From Staphylococcus epidermidis (GTDB taxonomy: Bacteria; Bacillota_I; Bacilli_A; RFN20; CAG-826): a DNA stretch of 64,000 nucleotides. The stretch covers positions 21,656 through 85,655 of the forward strand of contig CAMBSI010000001.1 of NCBI GenBank assembly GCA_945870555.1. The letters are read 5' to 3'. Within the stretch, counting starts at the first letter, position 1; each line of letters begins with the position of its first letter. Shown here in pieces: positions 56,624 to 64,000 of this stretch. Below the pieces are notes generated by a model. It made no database searches and was not told where the DNA came from. It saw nothing but the letters and a program-made list of their open reading frames with translations. Both the position numbers and the translations under genes were made by a program.

Positions 56624-57892
56624 ATGTTTATTGATCGTGCCCAAATCGTTCTAAAAGCCGGAAAAGGTGGCGATGGTGCTATTTCTTTTTTACGCCTTAA
56701 ATATATGGAACATGGCGGTCCTGACGGTGGTGGCGGTGGTCGAGGCGGTTCCATCTACTTTCAAGCTTCCCATTCCGAAACTACCCTTTATAAGTTTCGT
56801 TACCAACGAAAGATAACAGCTCAAGATGGTGAAAATGGCCAATCCACAGACCGTTATGGAACTTCTGCTGAAGACTTAATTATTCTGGTTCCTTTAGGTA
56901 CGGTTATTTATGATGATGAAACCCAAACAGTTATCGCAGATTTATCAGAAGAAGGCGAAAAAGCATTAGTCGTTCAAGGTGGTCGCGGTGGACGCGGCAA
57001 CGCAACTTTTAAGTCAAGTGTGAATCGAGCACCGCGTATCGCTGAAAAAGGGGCACCCGGTGAAACCAAAAAAATTACGATTGAACTTAAATTATTAGCA
57101 GATGTTGGTATTGTCGGATTTCCTTCGGTTGGCAAAAGTTCATTGCTGAGTGTTGTTTCCAATGCAAAACCGGATATTGCAGATTATGAATTTACCACCT
57201 TGGTACCGCAACTTGGTGTAGTTCAACGGCCAGAAAAAGCACCGTTTATGATTGCCGATTTACCTGGTCTTATTGAAGATGCAAGTAAGGGTAAAGGCCT
57301 AGGATTAAACTTTTTAAGGCACATCGAACGCTGTCGTGTTCTCCTTCATGTGGTGGATATGGCGTCACATCGTGATCCTGTTTACGCGTATGAAAGTATT
57401 CTGACGGAATTAAAGGCTTATACGATGGACTTATTGACCAAACCAACGTTAATCGTTGCCTCAAAAATGGATGAACCTCAAGCCCAAGATAATCTTAAAA
57501 TCCTACAAAAGTATCTTAAGAAAAAGAAAGTTTATCCGATTAGTGCGCTATCGAATGAGGGGATACCTGAATTATTGGACGCGATTGAAATGGAGCTTGC
57601 AAAAGCGCCTAAATATAAAAAGAAAGTCATTGAAGGAACGGAAGAAAAGATTTATACCTATCAAGCCCCTTCTACGTATAAGATTCTAAGAAGAAGTGAG
57701 CATGTATTTGTGATTCAAGGTGAAGAAGTTGAACAAACGTATCAAAAATTCAATCTTTCAACCGACCAAGGCATCATGAGCCTCCTTCAATACTTGAGAA
57801 AAATCAAGGTCGAGGATGCTTTAGAAAAAATGGGTGTTAAGGTTGGGGATACCGTTGTCATCGGTGAGTTTGAATTCACCTATTATTCTTAG
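56624..57892 (+). CDS. obgE: GTPase Obg
   Basis: Gly-rich Obg fold, GFPSVGKS, YEFTTL, DLPGLI, OCT domain. Confidence 0.98.
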   Translation: MFIDRAQIVLKAGKGGDGAISFLRLKYMEHGGPDGGGGGRGGSIYFQASHSETTLYKFRYQRKITAQDGENGQSTDRYGTSAEDLIILVPLGTVIYDDETQTVIADLSEEGEKALVVQGGRGGRGNATFKSSVNRAPRIAEKGAPGETKKITIELKLLADVGIVGFPSVGKSSLLSVVSNAKPDIADYEFTTLVPQLGVVQRPEKAPFMIADLPGLIEDASKGKGLGLNFLRHIERCRVLLHVVDMASHRDPVYAYESILTELKAYTMDLLTKPTLIVASKMDEPQAQDNLKILQKYLKKKKVYPISALSNEGIPELLDAIEMELAKAPKYKKKVIEGTEEKIYTYQAPSTYKILRRSEHVFVIQGEEVEQTYQKFNLSTDQGIMSLLQYLRKIKVEDALEKMGVKVGDTVVIGEFEFTYYS

Positions 57893-57915
57893 TTAATCAC
57901 GATATAATAATGATT

Positions 57916-58020
57916 ATGCGAAAAGAACTTTCTTCCTTATTAGTCTTAGTCTCAACGGTGGTGACCATTTTTATTTTACTCATTTTATTTTTTTTAGGGG
58001 TGGTTCAATTAAACGTATGA
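57916..58020 (+). CDS. 34-aa single-TM small protein (absent from the ORF track)
   Basis: MRKELSSLLVLVSTVVTIFILLILFFLGVVQLNV*; TATAAT 7 nt upstream; ATGA overlap with ruvA. Confidence 0.6.
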   Translation: MRKELSSLLVLVSTVVTIFILLILFFLGVVQLNV

Positions 58021-58592
58021 TTTATTCATTAACTGGCTTGGTTGTCAAACTTCAACCCGATTCATTGGTCATCGAAGTGCAAGGGATTGGCTACTTTGTT
58101 CACTTGGCAAAACCAGAAAATTTCCATCTCAATGAAATCAATCATGTCTATACGTACCATGTGATCCGGGAAGCAGATGAATTTTTAGTTGGATTTGCAA
58201 ACCTCCTCGAAAAGAGGCTTTTTGAACAATTGATTTCCGTTAAGGGAATTGGACCAAAAACGGCAATTGGTGCTTTATCAGGTGCGACCTCCGAGCAAAT
58301 TATCCAAGGCATTAACGAAGGAAACGTTGCCTTTTTGAAATCTTTACCGAGTATCGGCCCGAAAGCAGCAAGTCAAATTATTTTGGATTTAAAAGGGAAA
58401 ATTACGTTCGACACACCGAAGCAACCATCCAGCCATGCTCCAGAAGATAAGAAATTAACGGAAGTCAGGGATGCCCTCAAATCCCTTGGTTTTAAAACCA
58501 ATGAAATCGATCGCGCCTTAAGAGAAATGACAAGTGAAAATCTCACGGTGGAACAATTAATTAAAGTGGCGCTAAAACGACTTGGTAAATAA
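58017..58592 (+). CDS. ruvA: Holliday junction branch migration protein RuvA
   Basis: GIGY, LISVKGIGPKTA, IGPKAASQIILDLK, ALKSLGF. Confidence 0.96.
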   Translation: MIYSLTGLVVKLQPDSLVIEVQGIGYFVHLAKPENFHLNEINHVYTYHVIREADEFLVGFANLLEKRLFEQLISVKGIGPKTAIGALSGATSEQIIQGINEGNVAFLKSLPSIGPKAASQIILDLKGKITFDTPKQPSSHAPEDKKLTEVRDALKSLGFKTNEIDRALREMTSENLTVEQLIKVALKRLGK

Positions 58593-58594
58593 CG

Positions 58595-59599
58595 ATGGCA
58601 AGAATTGTTGATGCAAAAAAAGATCAAGACGAACTCAATGAAGAATTGTCTTTAAGACCGCAACTTTTAAGTGAGTATATTGGTCAAAAACAACTATTAG
58701 ATAATTTAAAAGTCTTCATCGGTGCTGCAAAACATCGCCAAGAGACACTTGACCATTTGCTATTGTATGGTCCCCCAGGTTTAGGTAAAACCACCTTGGC
58801 CCATATCATTGCTCATGAAATGAAAAGTCAGATAAAAACCGTGACCGGTCCAAGTATTGAACGTACGGGTGATTTGGCAGCCATTTTGACCGCGCTTGAA
58901 CCCGGAGATATTTTATTTATTGATGAAATTCATCGTTTACCTGCCATTGTTGAAGAAGTGCTTTATGGCGCGATGGAAGATTTTCACTTATCGGTGTTGG
59001 TGAATCGTGAAGGTAGTAGTCGAACCCTTAATTTAGAGCTCCCGCCATTTACATTAATTGGTGCAACGACTCGGGCAGGTGACTTATCCTCACCTTTAAG
59101 AGGGCGATTTGGTATCACTGAAAAACTAAACTTTTATTCCCAACAAGAAATCGAACAAATTATTCGCCGGACTGCAAAAGTCCTACGAACACCAATTGAA
59201 GAGGGTGCAGTGGTGGAGTTAGGCAAACGTTCCCGTGGCACCCCAAGAATTGCCAATCGATTGTTTCGCCGCATTCGTGACTTTGCACATTTTGAAAAAC
59301 AACTCTCCATTACTCTACCCCTGACGAACAAAGCCCTCCAAGCTTTAAAGGTAGATCCGCTTGGTTTGGATGATGTGGATTTAAGGTATTTATTAGGCAT
59401 TATTGATCGCTTTAAGGGTGGTCCGGTGGGATTAGAAGCGCTAGCATCTGCAATTGGTGAAGAAATCATGAATTTAGAGGATGTCTATGAACCGTATTTG
59501 CTACAAATCGGTATGATTAATCGAACCCCTCGTGGTCGGGTCGCAACTGAAAAAGCTTATCATCATTTACATCGACCTTTTCAAGGGTTGTTATTTTAA
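58595..59599 (+). CDS. ruvB: Holliday junction helicase RuvB
   Basis: LRP, GPPGLGKTTLA, FIDEIHR, GATTR, RGTPRIANR, RTPRGR. Confidence 0.98.
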   Translation: MARIVDAKKDQDELNEELSLRPQLLSEYIGQKQLLDNLKVFIGAAKHRQETLDHLLLYGPPGLGKTTLAHIIAHEMKSQIKTVTGPSIERTGDLAAILTALEPGDILFIDEIHRLPAIVEEVLYGAMEDFHLSVLVNREGSSRTLNLELPPFTLIGATTRAGDLSSPLRGRFGITEKLNFYSQQEIEQIIRRTAKVLRTPIEEGAVVELGKRSRGTPRIANRLFRRIRDFAHFEKQLSITLPLTNKALQALKVDPLGLDDVDLRYLLGIIDRFKGGPVGLEALASAIGEEIMNLEDVYEPYLLQIGMINRTPRGRVATEKAYHHLHRPFQGLLF

Positions 59600-59704
59600 G
59601 AGAATTCGCAATTTTTCTACTTTTTTCAATTGAAATCAGCACCCAAACATAGTAAAGTGTTATAGCGACATTTGTCGTTGAGATGACCTTGTGGAGGATT
59701 ACCC

Positions 59705-62266
59705 ATGCGAAGATTGTTAAGTTACTTCATTTTATCGCTTACCACGTTTTTTCTAGTTGCATTTAACCTCCTTTCCCTACTCGGTGGTTTGAATGCAAAC
59801 TTAGAATTTACTTCCGGACGAGAAATGGTCTTCCGAATTGAAGATAAAGAAAATAATGATTTTGTGTTTGCAAACGATGAAGACGTCACCACCATCGCGG
59901 AAACGATGATTGATCGTTTAGAAAATGCTTTAGTTACCAAATACGACGTGGTCGTGGAAGGTTTCGATCAAATCCGTGTAACGGTTTCTGAAACCTCAGA
60001 AACAAAATATAGCCGCCTCCAAAATTACTTATCCTTTGATGCCGATTTTACCTTATGCACCACGACCGAAGTTTGCGCAACCAATGACCAAATGTTTGAT
60101 GGCCAAACTGCTCGAATTGAATACAAAGGTCAAAATCCATTTGTCGTGTTTCCCGTTAAGGACCTCACGTACTTAAAAGAAGTGCTCATCACCGAAGCAG
60201 GTGGTGCTGAAAGTACCGATGGCGAGTTACTCTTATGGGCTGGAAAATTAGAATCCGATACGTACTCCGAAGCCTTAAACGATACGGAAATGGCCAGTAA
60301 AATTATCCTGCGCTTACCCGTGAATAACCTTTGGTGGGATGCTGACAATCAAACCGAGCTTGCCTTTCTAGTTTCTCCATCGAAATATGGCAGTGCCAAT
60401 GAAAACAATATCTTTGATGCAGCGGTCGTTGCTCAAGCAAATGAAGAAGCCATTTTTTATCGGAATCTAGTGAATGCTGGTGACTTAGCGTATACGGTTG
60501 AGTTTTTATATTCACAAAATATTCCTGCCTCGATTGAATCGTTGATATCTTTAGATACGATTCTTTCCATTGCAAATAGTCAAACCTTATGGGCATTCCT
60601 CTCCGCGATGTTGATGATGACATTGGTCCTCTTTATCGTCTATCGCGTTGGTGCTGTTGGTATATTAGCAACCACGACGCTATCGGTATTTGTGACGTTT
60701 TTCACATTTGTTTGGTTAAATCTTGAATTTTCAAGTGCCGCATTACTTGGATTGATTACGGTTGGCATTCTCGGATTAATGACGTCTGTCGTTTATATGA
60801 GTTATATCCGCCGTGAAATTTATCAAGGAAGATCCCTAAAGAAGTCTTACCTTGAAGCCAATGCAAAAATGCTTCCTTTAATGATTGATATGTCCGTGGT
60901 TGGCATCGTCTTTGGGCTATTTATTTACATCCTTGGCGGCAATCTTTCCTCAAGTTTTGCTGTGATTTTAATGATTGGATCCTTGATGAACCTGGTGATT
61001 GTGTTCTTGGGTAATCAATTGTTATTTGGGCAAATGCTCCAATCGACCACGGTGCAACAACATCTCAATCTATTGAATCTCAATACCAAATTCATCCCAG
61101 ACCTCGTTAAGGATCAAAAACCAGTTTATTTTGGTAGATTTGCAACCAGGGATTTTACCTCCAAAGGTACCCTTTTGTCGCCAATTGCCGTCATTGGTGG
61201 GTTGTTATCGTTAACCGCCATTTTAGTTTTAACCACCTTTAATGTACCGGTCGTTCAAGAACCATTAGACACCAATTCAAATCGCCTTTATTTGGAAGTG
61301 AAGACCTTTTCTCAATTTGAAACCACCGCCGATGTTCAATCACTCTTAATCGATCGTATTTTTATTGATGGTGAAGCATTAGTCCTCGCCACCGACAACA
61401 TCGAAATCCATGAATTGTCCCGTGTTGAAAACGATATTGATGTTGAATACCGCATCTTTATGGCTGAACTTGCCTTAACCATCACCGCTGAAAGCGTCTT
61501 TACCTTTGATGATGGCGTGAACGCATCAATCGAATTTGCAACCTTTAATGAGTTGCTTGAAGAAGTGATTAATGGGGTCTATGAGGATGACCAAGTTGTG
61601 GTCTATGGCTTTTATCCTGCAACGGCAATCAATAACCAACCGACCGTTTTTGATATCACCGTCAGTGCATTGCTCGCTTTATTGCTTGTTGGTGTCTACC
61701 TTGCATTACGTAAGGGAATCGCCAAAGCGTTAACGATGATTTGGGTCAGTGGCGCAGTTGGATTATTAACCTTAGGCATCTTTATTGCCACGAGAATTCC
61801 ATCTCCGGCAACGATAGCTTTAAGTTTGTTAACATTAATTTATTTTAGCGTATTGGCAATTTTGGTCATCTTTGCAAGAGCAAAAGAACAACAGCTACTG
61901 ATTACCGATCGCGCGTTAACCCTTGATGATTTCACCCTATCCTTGAAAAAAGCCTCTAGCCAATCTGCAAGCAGTATTTTCTTAACCTTGCTCGCCTTGG
62001 TTTACTTAGGCTTAACCTTCCTTGCCATTGGGCCAGGTGCATTACAAGCCATGTTTGCCGCCTTATTATTGGGTGGGGCATTATTGGCGTTGTTTACAAC
62101 CGCTATCCTTCCTGCAACGTTTAAACCTTTTTACCGCTTATTTAAAGGTTTTAATCGTTCACTTTCTTTCAATTGGTTAACTCGCCGCGGGTCAAAAGTG
62201 GTTCAAGCCTCATCCAAACGTAGCAATGAACCTCAAGAAGCAACCTTCATCGGTATCAACGATTAA
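59705..62266 (+). CDS. secDF: SecDF-like fused protein translocase accessory subunit (degenerate)
   Basis: TM1, then LEFTSG (GLDL.GG-like), a large extracytoplasmic domain and 5 TMs, then a repeat of the same layout; located between ruvB and rel. Confidence 0.78.
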   Translation: MRRLLSYFILSLTTFFLVAFNLLSLLGGLNANLEFTSGREMVFRIEDKENNDFVFANDEDVTTIAETMIDRLENALVTKYDVVVEGFDQIRVTVSETSETKYSRLQNYLSFDADFTLCTTTEVCATNDQMFDGQTARIEYKGQNPFVVFPVKDLTYLKEVLITEAGGAESTDGELLLWAGKLESDTYSEALNDTEMASKIILRLPVNNLWWDADNQTELAFLVSPSKYGSANENNIFDAAVVAQANEEAIFYRNLVNAGDLAYTVEFLYSQNIPASIESLISLDTILSIANSQTLWAFLSAMLMMTLVLFIVYRVGAVGILATTTLSVFVTFFTFVWLNLEFSSAALLGLITVGILGLMTSVVYMSYIRREIYQGRSLKKSYLEANAKMLPLMIDMSVVGIVFGLFIYILGGNLSSSFAVILMIGSLMNLVIVFLGNQLLFGQMLQSTTVQQHLNLLNLNTKFIPDLVKDQKPVYFGRFATRDFTSKGTLLSPIAVIGGLLSLTAILVLTTFNVPVVQEPLDTNSNRLYLEVKTFSQFETTADVQSLLIDRIFIDGEALVLATDNIEIHELSRVENDIDVEYRIFMAELALTITAESVFTFDDGVNASIEFATFNELLEEVINGVYEDDQVVVYGFYPATAINNQPTVFDITVSALLALLLVGVYLALRKGIAKALTMIWVSGAVGLLTLGIFIATRIPSPATIALSLLTLIYFSVLAILVIFARAKEQQLLITDRALTLDDFTLSLKKASSQSASSIFLTLLALVYLGLTFLAIGPGALQAMFAALLLGGALLALFTTAILPATFKPFYRLFKGFNRSLSFNWLTRRGSKVVQASSKRSNEPQEATFIGIND

Positions 62267-62276
62267 TTGAGGTCAA

Positions 62277-62315
62277 CAAAAAAACCCTATTTTATATAGG
62301 GTTTTTTATTTTTTT
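62277..62315 (+). terminator. Intrinsic terminator after secDF
   Basis: AAAAAACCCTAT-TTTAT-ATAGGGTTTTTT. Confidence 0.8.
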
Positions 62316-62328
62316 GTTATAATTTACC

Positions 62329-64000
62329 ATGATGATCAATCAAATCAAAAAGCATGTTTTTCATACCTTTGGTGATGTAGAAGAAAAGTATTTTTCTTAT
62401 ATCACAAAACCCGAAGATCGCGAACTGATTCAACGGGCTTATAAATTTGCAGATGATAAACATACAGGTATATTTCGCAAAAGCGGTGAACCTTATATCC
62501 ATCATTTAATTGAAGTTGCCTATATTCTTGCATCGCTGCAAGGTGGTCCGCATACCATTGCCGCTGGGTTTCTTCACGATGTGGTTGAAGATACCGACAT
62601 CACCGTTGAAGATCTCAAAAAAGCATTTAATGAAGATATTGCTTCATTGGTTGAGTCCTTAACCAACATCCAACGCTTAAAATTATCGCATCGAAAACCG
62701 GAAGATTTTGCTGCAGAAGATCATCGAAAAATCTTTTTGGGTATGGCCCGTGATATTCGCGTCATTATTATTAAGCTTGCGGACCGACTTCATAATATGC
62801 GAACGCTTCAAGCGCTTTCCCCGATCAGACAAAAAGTGCTAGCGAAAGAATCTTTAGAGGTTTTTGCCCCGATTGCCCATCGTTTGGGAATGTTTGAAAT
62901 TAAAACCGAACTTGAAGATTTATCGATTCAGTATCTTCAACCTGAAAAATATCAAATGGTGATCGAACAACTTGATAAACGCACAAAAAATCGAGAAAAA
63001 TCGCTAGATGAAGTTAAGAAGAAAATCGCCGACATGTTACTACAATATAAGCTACAGTTTTCAATTGAAAGTCGAGTGAAAGGGATTTATTCAATTTATC
63101 GAAAGGTGTTTATCCAAGAACATAATTTCGATGAAATTTATGATATTCTTGCCATTCGATTAATCACCGATACGGTTGCCCATTGTTACGAAATTCTTGG
63201 ATATATTCACACGATTTTTACCCCCATTTCCAATCGCTTTAAGGATTATATTGCAGCACCGAAACCGAATTTATATCAATCGTTACATACCACGATTATT
63301 GCCAAGGATGGGCAAGTTTTTGAAGTACAAATTCGGACGAAAGAAATGGATGCCTTAGCCGAAACCGGTGTTGCCGCGCATTGGCGTTATAAAGAAGGCA
63401 CCAACTATAGTCCGCAAAAAGAACAAAAAGAAATCGAAGAAAAATTGTTTTGGTTCCGGGATTTTATTTCTCTAGCGGATAAAGAAGGCGATGCCAAAGA
63501 AGTCATGGAAAACCTTCAAAAAGATATTTTTGAATCTCAAGTTTACGTCTTTACGCCGAAAGGCAAACTCGTTGAACTTCCCAACGGATCAACCCCATTA
63601 GATTTTGCATACCGGGTTCATACCGGGGTTGGGCATAGCGCGGTGGGTGGCATTGTCAATGGATCCTTGGTGCCCTTAAGTACTATTTTAAGAACAGGTG
63701 ATGTTATCGAAATTCGGACCTCCAACGCATCCCCCGGTCCGAACGAGGGATGGTTAAAAATTGCTTATACGGCAACAGCAAAAAACCATATTCGTAAATT
63801 CTTACAAAAGAAAAATAATGATATGGTTCGTGACGAAAAGATCATTAAAGGTAAAGACAATTGTGTCGATGCTTTCCGTGAACACGGGATTCAAGAAAAA
63901 GAAATGATGACACTGGTCAATCAACCCAAAGTCCTCCAAAAATTTGAAATGGCAACGTTGGATGATTTATTCATCGGCATGAATAATCGTAATCCAGCAC
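62329..64000 (+). CDS. relA: Bifunctional (p)ppGpp synthetase/hydrolase Rel (runs off the window end; absent from the ORF track)
   Basis: Manual translation: RKSGEPYIHH, LHDVVEDT, IKLADRLHNMRTL, APIAHRLG, KDYIAAPKPNLYQSLHT, EVQIRT, AAHWRYKE, TGS VFTPKG...DFAYRVHT. Confidence 0.96.
   Translation, partial: MMINQIKKHVFHTFGDVEEKYFSYITKPEDRELIQRAYKFADDKHTGIFRKSGEPYIHHLIEVAYILASLQGGPHTIAAGFLHDVVEDTDITVEDLKKAFNEDIASLVESLTNIQRLKLSHRKPEDFAAEDHRKIFLGMARDIRVIIIKLADRLHNMRTLQALSPIRQKVLAKESLEVFAPIAHRLGMFEIKTELEDLSIQYLQPEKYQMVIEQLDKRTKNREKSLDEVKKKIADMLLQYKLQFSIESRVKGIYSIYRKVFIQEHNFDEIYDILAIRLITDTVAHCYEILGYIHTIFTPISNRFKDYIAAPKPNLYQSLHTTIIAKDGQVFEVQIRTKEMDALAETGVAAHWRYKEGTNYSPQKEQKEIEEKLFWFRDFISLADKEGDAKEVMENLQKDIFESQVYVFTPKGKLVELPNGSTPLDFAYRVHTGVGHSAVGGIVNGSLVPLSTILRTGDVIEIRTSNASPGPNEGWLKIAYTATAKNHIRKFLQKKNNDMVRDEKIIKGKDNCVDAFREHGIQEKEMMTLVNQPKVLQKFEMATLDDLFIGMNNRNPA

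Noticed and set aside
35020..57000. GGT/GGC short repeats in ftsZ and obgE, and CAA runs in mutS2
   Set aside because: They encode normal Gly-rich motifs or Gln-rich coiled coil, not repeat arrays.
317..63358. Numerous 60-170 aa ORFs antisense to or nested in long genes (e.g. 44396-44896, 46571-46954, 35497-35865, 63176-63358)
   Set aside because: They are shadows of well-supported genes, with no SD, motif or operon logic.
1..64000. Genetic code 4 (TGA=Trp), as in Mycoplasma
   Set aside because: Conserved genes translate full length under code 11, and TGA acts as a stop in ATGA/GTGA overlaps.
1..64000. CRISPR array, IS elements, prophage or defence island
   Set aside because: No spaced direct repeats, transposase, integrase or phage genes were seen; intergenic gaps are short and explained by leaders, promoters and terminators.

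Overview
Gene-dense core-chromosome segment of an AT-rich, genome-reduced member of Bacilli. It uses the standard code: TGG for Trp, and TGA as a stop in dnaB, glgP, radC and others. Gene order largely follows the Bacillus-type ezrA...ackA-dnaE-polA-dnaB-thrS-rplT...pheST...mutS2-uvrC-tig-lon-valS-radC-rplU-obg-ruvAB-secDF-rel backbone. The ackA-to-rplT block (about 19 kb) is inverted, and wall and shape genes (mur, pbp, ftsW, mreBCD, minCD, sepF, divIVA) are missing from their usual positions. RNA and regulatory elements: one tRNA-Arg(TCT), four T-box leaders with cognate specifier codons, L20 and L21 leaders, tandem CIRCE operators at lon, and MraZ boxes. I saw no mobile element, prophage or CRISPR. 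Main oddities: (1) an internally duplicated SpeD/AdoMetDC-like protein with one cleavable and one dead half, translationally coupled to pfkA-pyk-glk; (2) an unannotated 58-aa double-glycine-leader peptide overlapping radC; (3) a minimal dcw cluster with a 59-aa DivIB/FtsQ-like remnant; (4) a SecDF lacking its proton-relay residues; (5) many apparently leaderless genes. All calls come from motif recognition by eye; no database searches were run.
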